From the NCBI GenBank assembly GCA_026125795.1, contig JAHCKM010000006.1:75719-139718 (forward strand): a DNA stretch of 64,000 nt. The letters are read 5' to 3'. The notes under the pieces are model-generated. The model had not been told where the DNA came from. It saw nothing but the letters and a program-made list of their open reading frames with translations, and ran no database searches. Shown here piece by piece: positions 45,830-54,790 of this stretch. Position 1 is the stretch's first letter, and each line of letters opens with the position of its first letter. Source of the DNA: Burkholderiaceae bacterium. Lineage in GTDB: Bacteria; Pseudomonadota; Gammaproteobacteria; Burkholderiales; Burkholderiaceae_C. Position numbers and translations under genes: made by a program.

Positions 45830-47029
45830 ATGCGCCCGTTGCCCTTGTTGCCGCTGTTCCTCTCCCTGTTCGTGAGCCTGCTGTGCGCGCTGGGTGCCGG
45901 CCACGCGCGGGCCGAACCCCATGTGCCGAGCCGCGACGACGTGGTGGTGGAACGGCTGCCGCTGAAGGCGGGTGACCGAGCCGCGCGCGAGTTGGCCCGG
46001 CTGCGTGCGTCATGGCGCCGCGATCCGGCCGACGTGGATGCCGCGGTCGCGTTGTCGATGGCGTACATCGAACAGGCGTTCGCCGAAGGCGATCCGCGCT
46101 ACGTAGGCTACGCGCAGGCGGTTCTGCAACGCTGGTGGCAGCTGCCCGATCCGCCTGCACCGGTGCGTGTGCAGCGCGCGCTGGTGCTGCAATACGACCA
46201 CCGTTTCGACGAGGCGCTGGCCGACCTGGAAGCGGCCACGCGCGAGGACCCCGACGATGCCTTGGCATGGTCGTGGTCCACCGCGATCCATCTGGTGCGC
46301 GGTGACCTCGACGGCGCAGGCCGGTCGTGCGAGCGGCTGGCCGAACTTGGCGCCGATCTGGTGGGCGTTGCGTGCCGCGCGCAGATCGCGGCGCTGACCG
46401 GCCGTGCGGCCGAAGCGGCTGCCTCGTTGCGCAGCGCGGTGCGTGCGCACGGCGATGCCGACCCGGCGTTGCGCCTGTGGGCCTTGACGCGCCTGGCCGA
46501 GACCGAAGAGCGCCGCGGCGACGCCGCGGCGGCCGAAGCCGCGTACCGCGACGCACTGGCCTTGCAGCGCCCCGATGTGTACCTGCAAGCGGCTTACGCC
46601 GACTTCCTGCTCGACCGCGGGCGCGCGCAGGAGGTGCTCGCGCTGCTCGACGGCCAGACCCGCGCCGACGTGCTGCTGCTGCGCCTGGCGATCGCCGCCA
46701 AGCTCACCGGCGATGCGCGGCGCGACGCCTACGCGCGCGAGCTGGCGGCGCGTTTCGATGCGGCGCGCGCACGCGGCGACTCGAGCCACCAGAAGGAAGA
46801 GTCGCGCTTTGTGCTCGCGGTGCTCGGCCAGCCCGAGCGCGCGCTGCAGCTCGCGCTGGCCAACCACCGCCAACAGAAAGAGCTGGCCGACGCGCGCATC
46901 GTGCTCGAGGCCGCCGTGGCGGCGCGCCAGCGCGCGCCGGCCGAAGGCGTGCTGCAGTGGATGGAAACCACCGGCGTCGAGAGTCCGCCGCTGCACGCGC
47001 TGGCGGCCCGGCTCAAGGCCATGCGATGA
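45830..47029 (+). CDS. secreted tetratricopeptide-repeat protein
   Basis: The signal peptide is MRPLPLLPLFLSLFVSLLCALGAGHARA. There are multiple TPR-like helical pairs. The stop overlaps the next start (ATGCGATGA). Confidence 0.75.
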   Translation: MRPLPLLPLFLSLFVSLLCALGAGHARAEPHVPSRDDVVVERLPLKAGDRAARELARLRASWRRDPADVDAAVALSMAYIEQAFAEGDPRYVGYAQAVLQRWWQLPDPPAPVRVQRALVLQYDHRFDEALADLEAATREDPDDALAWSWSTAIHLVRGDLDGAGRSCERLAELGADLVGVACRAQIAALTGRAAEAAASLRSAVRAHGDADPALRLWALTRLAETEERRGDAAAAEAAYRDALALQRPDVYLQAAYADFLLDRGRAQEVLALLDGQTRADVLLLRLAIAAKLTGDARRDAYARELAARFDAARARGDSSHQKEESRFVLAVLGQPERALQLALANHRQQKELADARIVLEAAVAARQRAPAEGVLQWMETTGVESPPLHALAARLKAMR

Positions 47030-48159
47030 GCCGCATGACGCGCTGGGCCTGCGCGGCGGCGCTGGTGCTGTCGGCAGCGAGCGCCATCGCGCACAAGCCC
47101 TCCGACAGTTACCTCACGATCGCGCAGACCGAGGCCGGCTTCAGCGGCCGCTGGGACATCGCGCTGCGCGACCTCGACTTCGCCCTCGGGCTCGATGCCG
47201 ACGGCGATGGTGCGATCACCTGGGGCGAAGTGCGTGCCAAACACGCCGACATCGCGGCCCACGCGCTGTCGCGCCTGGCCTTGCGCGCCGACGGCACGCC
47301 GTGCACGGTGAAGGCCGGTGCGCAGATGCTCGAGAGCCACACCGACGGCAGCTACACCGTGCTGCCGCTGGCGATCGGATGCCGCACGCCGGCCACGCAG
47401 CTGTCGGTGGGCTACACGCTGTTCGCCGACATCGATCCGCAGCACCGCGGGCTGCTCAACCTGCGCGCGCAGGGCCTGGCGCGCAGCGCGGTGCTCGATC
47501 CGCAGGCGCCGCCGCAGCACTTTGACCTCACGCAGGCCAACCGTTGGGCGCAGTTTGCCGACTACGCGCGCGAGGGCGTGTGGCACATCTGGATCGGTTT
47601 CGACCACATCCTGTTCCTGCTGTCGCTGCTGCTGCCCGCGGTGCTGGCTTGGCGCGCGCCGCGCTGGCAACCGGTGCATGACGCGCGCGCCGCGTTCTGG
47701 GACGTGTTCCGCATCGTCACGTCGTTCACCGTGGCGCACTCGATCACGCTGTCGTTGGCCGCGCTGCACGTGGTGTCGCTGCCGTCGCGGCTGGTGGAGT
47801 CGGCCATCGCGGCGTCGGTGGTGGTGGCGGCGCTCAACAACCTGAAGCCGCTGGTGCAGGCGCGGCGCTGGGTGGTGGCATTCGGCTTCGGGCTGATCCA
47901 CGGCTTCGGCTTTGCCAGCGTGCTGGCCGAACTCGGCTTGCCGAGCGATGCGCTTTTGCTCGCGCTGGTGGGCTTCAACCTCGGCGTGGAAGCGGGCCAG
48001 CTGGCGATCGTGGCGCTGTTCCTGCCGCTGGCCTTCAGCCTACGGCGCAGCGCGTTCTACCGGCGCTGGGTGATGTTGGGCGGCTCGCTGCTGATCGTGC
48101 TGATCGCGGCGGTCTGGTTCGTCGAGCGTGCGTTCGGGCTGGCGTTGATGTCTGCCTGA
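47026..48159 (+). CDS. HupE/UreJ family metal (Ni/Co-type) transporter-like protein with long periplasmic N-domain
   Basis: ATG 47026 lies inside ORF 46327..48159. The signal peptide plus AHKPSDSY is followed by a ~170-aa soluble part. The HupE core follows: GVWHIWIGFDHILFLLSLLLP, FTVAHSITLSLAAL, GLIHGFGFASVL and FNLGVEAGQL. Confidence 0.85.
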   Translation: MSRMTRWACAAALVLSAASAIAHKPSDSYLTIAQTEAGFSGRWDIALRDLDFALGLDADGDGAITWGEVRAKHADIAAHALSRLALRADGTPCTVKAGAQMLESHTDGSYTVLPLAIGCRTPATQLSVGYTLFADIDPQHRGLLNLRAQGLARSAVLDPQAPPQHFDLTQANRWAQFADYAREGVWHIWIGFDHILFLLSLLLPAVLAWRAPRWQPVHDARAAFWDVFRIVTSFTVAHSITLSLAALHVVSLPSRLVESAIAASVVVAALNNLKPLVQARRWVVAFGFGLIHGFGFASVLAELGLPSDALLLALVGFNLGVEAGQLAIVALFLPLAFSLRRSAFYRRWVMLGGSLLIVLIAAVWFVERAFGLALMSA

Positions 48160-48971
48160 GCACGCGGCTGATCGGCCGCAATCTCGAAGGCCAGCGTCAC
48201 GAAGCGGCTCTCCCAGGTGTCGGGCTCGCGCTCGCTCAGGCGCAGGTCGGTGCCGCGCAGCACCCAGCGCCCCGGCAGCGGCGCGGGGAAGCGCACGCGG
48301 CCTTCGGCGTCGGTCTTGCGCCACGCGCCGATCGGCAGCTGGTCGCCGCGCAGCTCGACCGCGAAGTCGGGAAGCGGCTGTCCATTGCGCAGCACGCGAA
48401 ACTGCAGCGTGTCGCCGCGCTTGGGCGTGCGCTGCGGCGCCTCGAGCAGCACGTCGAGCGCCATGTTCACCGGCGCAGCGGCGCTCGCACCGGGGTTGAG
48501 CTCGATGCGGGCGTGTTTGGTGTAGCGCTCTTTCCACTTGACGCCGCGCGCGCGCATCTGCGCCCACGCCTCGCGCACGGCCGTCGGCGGCTGGATCTCC
48601 TTGAAGTACGGCGCTATCAAGGCGTCAGCAAGTTCGACGTCGAACGACGACGTCTGTGCCCAGCAGGTCAGCGGCTGGTCGCGGTCGGCGCGCACGCGCA
48701 GCTTGAGCGCGGTGGGCGCATCGGCGGTGCGCTGCAGCGTGAGCGGCGCGCTGCCGAGCTCGCCGCGGCAACCGCTGTGCAGCAGGTACTGCATGCCGAT
48801 GCCGCTCTCGTGCACCGGAAACCGGTTGCCGGTGCCGAGCGCGAGCGCCACGCTGCCCCGCGCATCGGCTGGCAGCGAGGCAAACCAGGTGTCGTGGGCT
48901 TGGACTGGCAGCGCACACACCGTGGCTGCCCAGATGGCGGCCAGGGCAACGGGACGCGGGCGAGCATTCAT
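48057..48971 (-). CDS. DUF4198 domain periplasmic protein (NikM/CbiK-like metal-uptake component)
   Basis: ATG 48971 gives the signal peptide MNARPRPVALAAIWAATVCALPVQA, followed directly by HDTWF. This mature N terminus is typical of DUF4198. The last ~34 codons overlap the HupE 3' end. Confidence 0.75.
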   Translation of the reverse strand: MNARPRPVALAAIWAATVCALPVQAHDTWFASLPADARGSVALALGTGNRFPVHESGIGMQYLLHSGCRGELGSAPLTLQRTADAPTALKLRVRADRDQPLTCWAQTSSFDVELADALIAPYFKEIQPPTAVREAWAQMRARGVKWKERYTKHARIELNPGASAAAPVNMALDVLLEAPQRTPKRGDTLQFRVLRNGQPLPDFAVELRGDQLPIGAWRKTDAEGRVRFPAPLPGRWVLRGTDLRLSEREPDTWESRFVTLAFEIAADQPRAQADINASPNARSTNQTAAISTISSEPPNITQRR

Positions 48972-49053
48972 CCCCCGCCTTACGCGCACGCTGTCCGGCT
49001 GGATGCGGCCGCCCACGTGCGCTCAGCACCGCTGCCCGCGCGACGTCAACGCG

Positions 49054-50592
49054 TCAGGCGTACCCCGGTGGTAGCGTGAAGCCGCCGAACTCGCGCTCCA
49101 GCGCCATCGCAAACGCCAGCACGGTGCGGTCCTCGAGGTAGGGGCCGACGATCTGCACGCCGATCGGCAGCGCGTGGTCGCCGCGGTCGATCGGCACCAC
49201 CGCGGCAGGCAGACCCATGCTGGTGGCGGCCGCGGCCCACACCAGGCCGACGTCGAGGTACGGGAAGGACTGGCCGTCGATCTCGAGGCGCCGGACCTCC
49301 TGACGGTCCGAGTGGTCGTGCGCGAACGCGGTCACCGGCATCGTCGGGCACAGCACGACGTCGACTTCGGCAAACAGCGCGCGCCATTGGGCCTGCTGGC
49401 CGGAGCGCATCACGTCGGCGATCACCCAGTCGCGGTGGCTGAGCGCGATGCCGCGCGCACGCTCGGCAGCCAGGCTCTTGTCGTCGGCCGGCAGCGACGC
49501 GGCAATTCCGCGCAGGCGGTCGTAGAGATCTCTCGGCCAATTGGCGGCCGTGAACGACATCAGCAATCGCATGTAGACCCGCGCGACTTCGCCGAGGTCG
49601 GGCAGCAGGCGGTGGCTGCGCTCGACCTTGACGCCGGCGCGTTCCAGCCGGCCGGCGAGACGCTCGAGCGCTGCTTTCACCGGCGCCGACGTCGGCATCA
49701 GCGGATGGCTGTCGATCATCAGCACGCGAAAGTTCTTCAGTTCCTGCTGGCGCGGCGCGCGCAGCGCGAGCCGGTAGCCGACGCCGGAGGCGAGCTCGTC
49801 CGGTCCGGCGATGATGTCGAACACGCGCGCCAGATCGGCCGCCGTGCGCGCCATCGGCCCCACCACCGCGAGGTCCACCTCCCGCGGCAGGGGCCGGGCA
49901 CCCGGTGGCGCATGGCCGCGGCTGGGCACCAGACCGTGCGACGGCTTCAGCGCGGCGATGCCGCAGAAGTGCGCCGGCACGCGCAACGAGCCGCCGATGT
50001 CGGAGCCGAGCGAGAGCGCGCCGAAACCCGCCGCCAGCGCCGCCGCCGAGCCACCCGACGATCCGCCCGGCGTGCGTTCCGGGTTCCACGGGTTGCGCGT
50101 GACGCCGTAGATGGCGTTGTAGCTCTGCCAGTCGCCCAGCACCAGCGACACGTTGGTCTTGCCGAGCACGACCGCGCCGGCGTTGCGCGCGCGCGTGACG
50201 ATCAGCGCGTCGTCCCTGGCCTTGAAGTCCTTGGCTTGCGGGATGCCCCAGGTGGTCGGCAACCCCGCGACGTTGAACGACTCCTTCACCGTGATCGGCA
50301 CGCCGAGCAGCGGCCGGTTGTCGCCGCGCGCGAGCGCCGCGTCGGCCGCCCTGGCCGCTTCACGGGCACGATCGAAGTCGCGCACGATGACGGCATTGAG
50401 GTTGGCGTCGAGCCGCTCGATGCGTGCGATCAACCGGTCGGTGAGCTCCAGCGACGAGAAGCGCTTGGCGCGCAGCGCGTCGACCACCTGCGCGGCCGAC
50501 AGGTACTCCGGTGTCTCGTCGGCGCGGGCGGTGCCGGCTGCGACCAGTGCCGCGGCACCGATGAGGACCTCGCGGCGGGTGAGGTCGGGCAT
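49054..50592 (-). CDS. Tat-exported amidase (amidase-signature family)
   Basis: It has a twin-arginine signal (MPDLTRREVLIGAAALVAAGTARA), an AS motif (GGSSGGSAAALAAGFGALSLGSDIGGSLRVPA) and the upstream Lys/Ser region. Confidence 0.9.
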   Translation of the reverse strand: MPDLTRREVLIGAAALVAAGTARADETPEYLSAAQVVDALRAKRFSSLELTDRLIARIERLDANLNAVIVRDFDRAREAARAADAALARGDNRPLLGVPITVKESFNVAGLPTTWGIPQAKDFKARDDALIVTRARNAGAVVLGKTNVSLVLGDWQSYNAIYGVTRNPWNPERTPGGSSGGSAAALAAGFGALSLGSDIGGSLRVPAHFCGIAALKPSHGLVPSRGHAPPGARPLPREVDLAVVGPMARTAADLARVFDIIAGPDELASGVGYRLALRAPRQQELKNFRVLMIDSHPLMPTSAPVKAALERLAGRLERAGVKVERSHRLLPDLGEVARVYMRLLMSFTAANWPRDLYDRLRGIAASLPADDKSLAAERARGIALSHRDWVIADVMRSGQQAQWRALFAEVDVVLCPTMPVTAFAHDHSDRQEVRRLEIDGQSFPYLDVGLVWAAAATSMGLPAAVVPIDRGDHALPIGVQIVGPYLEDRTVLAFAMALEREFGGFTLPPGYA

Positions 50593-50638
50593 GGCGGGTC
50601 CTCCGGTCGTGGAGCGCGCATCTTAGTCGCGCGTGCCG

Positions 50639-50683
50639 CTAGGACCGCACCAGCAGGCTCAGCCTCGCCGTGCACGGCTCTCC
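50639..50683 (-). pseudogene. relic of a TonB-dependent receptor 3' end (last ~14 codons plus stop)
   Basis: The minus strand reads GEPCTARLSLLVRS-stop. It is 35/45 nt identical to the 3' end of the receptor gene at 52637-52681 (…EPRSARLSLLVRF-stop). The match includes a 21-nt perfect run (50644-50664 versus 52642-52662). Confidence 0.5.
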
Positions 50684-50822
50684 CCGAGAAGGAGAAAGGC
50701 GAGTTGCTCGGCGCTCTCGGCGGCATGAAGAACGCGATCGTCGGGCAGTAGGACACGCGCGAACGGCACGCACGCCGTTCGGGGTGCGTGCATCGCACGA
50801 CGCCGGCGACGTGCCGATCGTG

Positions 50823-51710
50823 TCAGTCGACGAAGTGCAGCTCGAAGTCGCCGTGCGCGTAGACCACGACCCCGGTGTCGGTCTCGGTGATGCGGTGTGC
50901 AGTGCCCGCGGGTGCGAGCTGGTAGTCGCCCGGCTGCAGCAGCACGTCGTCGAGGAACAGCTCGCCTTGCACCATCAGGCATTCTTCGTCATGTTCGTGT
51001 GTGTGGTGCGGCACCTGCGCACCGGGCTCGGCGAGGTACAGCAGCGCGGCCTGGCCGCCGCGTTGCCACAGCACGCGGCGACGCAGGCCCGGCGCGAACT
51101 CAGGCCAGCCGGCATCGCGGTCACGCACGGTGTAGGGCTCGTCGTCCGCCGCGGCTGGCCAGTCGGATTCGCGCAGGAACACGAGCGCGCCGTCGCGCGA
51201 GTGCAACGCCTGGGCAGGGGTCCCCGCAGGCTCGACGCGATAGTCGCGCGCCGACAGCGCCTCGGCGCCGAGCGTTGCGCTGCCGCTCAGCACCAGCCAC
51301 TCGCGATGCACGGTCGCATCGCCGATCGCCGGCAGCGTGCTCGAAGCGGCCAGATCGAACAGCGTGGCGCGCAGCGGCTCGCCGGGCCGGCGCGGCGCGG
51401 GAGCCGCGCGGTACAGCGCGCGCGCGTGCACGCCGGGCGCCAGCGCGCGCGCCGAGGTGCGAGCGTGGCGCGCGGTCCACATCACGCTCGCGGCCGCGCG
51501 CGAGGCGGCCAGGCGCTTCATCAGACGCTCGCGCAGCGCGGGTGACGGCTGGGCGCCGTCGGCCGGCGCAGCGGCAAACAGCTCGTTGAGCAGTGGCGCC
51601 AGCTCGCGCTCGATCGGATCGGGCGCGGCAACGAAGGTCAGGGGTTCGGCTCGAGGTTTCATGGTGGTGGTCGCTGCGGGCGGCGATGGTGTCGCAACGG
51701 GGGCGTTCAA
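50823..51710 (-). CDS. ChrR-like cupin (bicupin) protein, putative anti-sigma factor lacking the zinc motif
   Basis: The TTG 51710 start overlaps the sigma stop (TTGA); ATG 51662 is an alternative. The C-terminal ChrR-type cupin reads LLYLAEPGAQVPHHTHEHDEECLMVQGELFLDD...APAGTAHR. A second cupin-like barrel lies upstream. There is no Cys and no H-x3-C-x2-C motif in the N-terminal 100 aa. Confidence 0.7.
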   Translation of the reverse strand: MNAPVATPSPPAATTTMKPRAEPLTFVAAPDPIERELAPLLNELFAAAPADGAQPSPALRERLMKRLAASRAAASVMWTARHARTSARALAPGVHARALYRAAPAPRRPGEPLRATLFDLAASSTLPAIGDATVHREWLVLSGSATLGAEALSARDYRVEPAGTPAQALHSRDGALVFLRESDWPAAADDEPYTVRDRDAGWPEFAPGLRRRVLWQRGGQAALLYLAEPGAQVPHHTHEHDEECLMVQGELFLDDVLLQPGDYQLAPAGTAHRITETDTGVVVYAHGDFELHFVD

Positions 51711-52435
51711 GCGGCGAGCGCGGCCGCGCGGGCCTCGCCCAGGATCTGTCGCAGCGTGATCAGCGCGCGTCGGATCTGCGACTTGACGGTGCCCAGCGGG
51801 ATCGCGGTCTGGGCGGCAATCTCTTCGTGGCTCAGGCCACGAAAGAACGCCAGCGAGACGAGCTGGCGCGGCTGCGCGTCGATCCGCATCAATGCGCGAT
51901 GCAGCTCGGCATGGAGGCGCGCGACGTCGAGCAACTCGTCATCGGGCAGCGCGACGCCGCCGAGCGCTTCGGCGCTGGCGGCATCGAGGCTGTCGTGCTG
52001 GAAGCGCGCTTCGCGCCGGATGGCGTCGATGGCGCGCGAACGCGCCATCGACAGCAGCCACACCATGGCGGTGCCGCGGTTCGCGTCGTAGCGCAGCGCC
52101 TGGCGCCAGACCTGGAAGTAGGCGTCCTCGACCACCTCTTCGGCCAGCACCGGCTTGCGCACCAAGCGCCGCACGAAGCCGTAGATCCGCGAGAACGTGG
52201 CGTCGTACAGCGCGCCCATGGCGCGCTCGTCCTGCCGGCCGATGGCAGCGATCCAGGCCGCGAGCTGGGCCTCCGTTACCGGCGGTGCACAAGTGAGCGG
52301 GGCGGAGAGCGGGTCATCGCCGGCGGCAACATCGGCGTCTTCGTCGGCGCCGGGGCCCGACAGCGCCAGCGAGACCTCGCCGTCGGCCAGGAGTGCGGTC
52401 AAGACGGGGGATTCGTCCATGGGGGCAGCGTTCAT
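51707..52435 (-). CDS. ECF-type sigma-70 family factor with acidic ~55-aa N-terminal extension
   Basis: ATG 52435; 52420 is an alternative. Region 2 is ALYDATFSRIYGFVRRLVRKPVLAEEVVEDAYFQVWRQA. Region 4 is LAFFRGLSHEEIAAQTAIPLGTVKSQIRRAL. The N-terminal segment is DESPVLTALLADGEVSLALSGPGADEDADVAAGDD. Confidence 0.85.
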   Translation of the reverse strand: MNAAPMDESPVLTALLADGEVSLALSGPGADEDADVAAGDDPLSAPLTCAPPVTEAQLAAWIAAIGRQDERAMGALYDATFSRIYGFVRRLVRKPVLAEEVVEDAYFQVWRQALRYDANRGTAMVWLLSMARSRAIDAIRREARFQHDSLDAASAEALGGVALPDDELLDVARLHAELHRALMRIDAQPRQLVSLAFFRGLSHEEIAAQTAIPLGTVKSQIRRALITLRQILGEARAAALAA

Positions 52436-52636
52436 GCGGCGGGCAATCGTCGATGAGGCCTGCGGCCTGGGTTCACGGGAGACGGCAGCCCGCGCCGCGC
52501 CGGTGGTGTCGGCGCGGGTGGGTCTTTGTGATGGCACTACGGAGCGACCGGCGCGATGGATTCATGGGCGCCGGCGGCGCCGTGCATCCGGGTGCCGGTG
52601 CGCTCGGCGACCCGATGCGACCGGGGCCGTAGCGCG

Positions 52637-54679
52637 TCAGAACCGCACCAGCAGGCTCAGCCGCGCGCTGCGCGGCTCGGCCGGGTGCACGTGGCGGTCG
52701 GCCACCGGCGCGGTTTCGCCGGGCAACTGCGACTCGTAGAAGTACTGGATGTCGTTGACCTTGCGGTCGAACAGGTTGAAGACGTCGAGCGTGACCTCGG
52801 CGTTGCCGCCGAGCTTGCGGCCGACGCGCAGATTGGTCAGCGTGGAGCTGAACGAGCGCACGCTGTTGTCCTCGATCAGCGCGCCCGGGCCGAGGTAGCG
52901 CAACTGCAAGCTCGCCGACCATGGGCCGATGTCGCGCAAGGTCGCCGCCAGCGAGGCCACGCGATCGATCGCATTGGGGATGCGGTCGCCGTTGGTGAAG
53001 CGCGCATGCGTCCACGCGAAGTCGGCATCGAACAGCAACCACGGCACCGGCACGAAGCGGTTGCTCCATTCGACCCCGCGCCGCCTGCTGGCTCCGCTTT
53101 CTTCGGTGGTGCCGGCGTCGCCCACGTAGACCAGCTCGGAGTCGGACTTGAGCGTCCACAGCGCGAGCGAGCTTTGAAGGCCGGCGATCGCTTCGGTGCG
53201 CACGCCGATCTCGTACCCCTCGGCCTTGACCAGCGGCGGCGTCGGAAGCGCCGCATCGGTGGTGCCGCGCGCGTCGTTGCTGTGGAAGCCCTGGCCGGCG
53301 TTGAAGAAGAATTCGGTCTTGGCGAACGGCCCGGCGATCAGGCTGAACTTGGGCGACACCAGCGTGTCGCGCGCCTTGCCGGAGTTGGCCGGGGTGGCAA
53401 GGCTCTGCACCGTGTTGCGCACCTGGTCGGCGCGCACGCCGAGCACGGTGCGCAGCACCGGCGTCAGCTCGATGCCGGTCTGGCCGTACACGCCGCCCAG
53501 CGTCTCGCGCACGCTGTCGTCGCGCGTGGTGGCGACGATCGAGCGCTCCACCGTGTCGAACAGGCCCACGCGGATGCGATCGTGGCGCAGCTGCGCGCCG
53601 AACTCGCTGCGCGCGTCGAGGCGGCCGAGCTTGTGGCCAAAGCTGTGGCTGGCGCGCAGCCCGAACACCTTGCGGTCGTCGCTCTGCAGGAACTGGTCGC
53701 CGTCGGGCGTGGTGAAGTAGGTGAAGTTGGAGTGCAGCTGCAGCCTGTAGCGCATGGCGTAGGCCATCACGCGCGTCACCTGGCCGTCGACGTTGCGATG
53801 CCACTGCCCCGACAGGCTCGAGCGTGACGTTTCGCCGCCGTCGGTCGGGTCGATCGCGTCGAAGTGGCCGAACGGCGCACCATTGAACGAGCCGGCATCG
53901 ATCAGCCGCTGCGGGATCTGGTCGGTGGAGCGCCACTTCGCGTCGTAGCCCATGCCGGTCACGCTCCAGCCCTGCGCCTGCGTGCCGCCGCTCCACGTGA
54001 GCACGCCGTTGCTGCGCCTGAGGTCTTCCTTCAGCGTCCACGGGCCGTCGTTGCGCATCGCCTCGAACGCGCCGAGCAGCGTGGTGCCGCCGGCCACCTC
54101 GGTCGAGCCGCCAAGCACGCCGCGGCGGTAGCCGTTCTCGCCCAGCGTCACGAGCGCGAAAGGGGCGTCGAAGCGCGTGCGGTACACGATGTCGGCCGAG
54201 CCGGCGGCCGAGAAGTCGCCCACCGATGCGAAGTACGGACCCTTGCGGTAGTCGATGCGCTGCACCAGCTCCGGGATCAGGAAGTTCAGATCGGTGTAGC
54301 CCTGGCCATGGCCGTGCGTGGGCATGTTGACCGGCATGCCGTCGACGAAGGTGGCGAAGTCGGTACCGTGGTCGAGGTTGAAGCCGCGCAGGAAATACTG
54401 GTTGGCCTTGCCGTCGCCGGAGTGCTGCGTGACGATGACGCCGGGCACGAACTCCAGCACCTCGCCCGGGCGCTGCGGCGGCCGGCTCTTGAGCAACTCG
54501 GCGCGGATCGTGCCCTGCGACGCGGCATCGCTCGAGCCGACGGCGTTGTCGTAGTGGCCTTCGATGGTGACGCGCTGCGCGACGGTGGTGTCGGCGGGCG
54601 CGGTCTGCGCGAGCGGTGCGTTGGCGCAAAGGGCGAGCGCCGCGGCGGCGCATGCGGTGTGTCGGTGGCGATGCCACAT
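52637..54679 (-). CDS. TonB-dependent outer-membrane receptor (no N-terminal signalling extension)
   Basis: ATG 54679 is preceded by GGAGAA. The signal peptide ends ...APLAQ and is followed directly by the plug (RVTIEG...GEVLEFVPGVIVTQHSGDGKANQYFLRGFNLDHGTDF). The barrel ends ...RLSLLVRF. Confidence 0.9.
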   Translation of the reverse strand: MWHRHRHTACAAAALALCANAPLAQTAPADTTVAQRVTIEGHYDNAVGSSDAASQGTIRAELLKSRPPQRPGEVLEFVPGVIVTQHSGDGKANQYFLRGFNLDHGTDFATFVDGMPVNMPTHGHGQGYTDLNFLIPELVQRIDYRKGPYFASVGDFSAAGSADIVYRTRFDAPFALVTLGENGYRRGVLGGSTEVAGGTTLLGAFEAMRNDGPWTLKEDLRRSNGVLTWSGGTQAQGWSVTGMGYDAKWRSTDQIPQRLIDAGSFNGAPFGHFDAIDPTDGGETSRSSLSGQWHRNVDGQVTRVMAYAMRYRLQLHSNFTYFTTPDGDQFLQSDDRKVFGLRASHSFGHKLGRLDARSEFGAQLRHDRIRVGLFDTVERSIVATTRDDSVRETLGGVYGQTGIELTPVLRTVLGVRADQVRNTVQSLATPANSGKARDTLVSPKFSLIAGPFAKTEFFFNAGQGFHSNDARGTTDAALPTPPLVKAEGYEIGVRTEAIAGLQSSLALWTLKSDSELVYVGDAGTTEESGASRRRGVEWSNRFVPVPWLLFDADFAWTHARFTNGDRIPNAIDRVASLAATLRDIGPWSASLQLRYLGPGALIEDNSVRSFSSTLTNLRVGRKLGGNAEVTLDVFNLFDRKVNDIQYFYESQLPGETAPVADRHVHPAEPRSARLSLLVRF

Positions 54680-54790
54680 GGAGGTTCTCCGGGTGCGAAC
54701 GGTGTTCTCGGCCGCGCGCGAAGCCGCGCAGCCGCGTGATGCGAGTCGAGCAAAGCCGCGCCGCAAGGCGCGCGGGCCTTCAGCCGTGCA

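Noticed and set aside
54680-54790. Riboswitch (for example cobalamin) or Fur/Zur box upstream of the TonB receptor genes (also 7026-7119).
   Set aside because: The leaders are only about 95-110 nt, too short for a B12 element. I saw no B12-box-like sequence and no AT-rich Fur/Zur-type palindrome, only generic GC hairpins.
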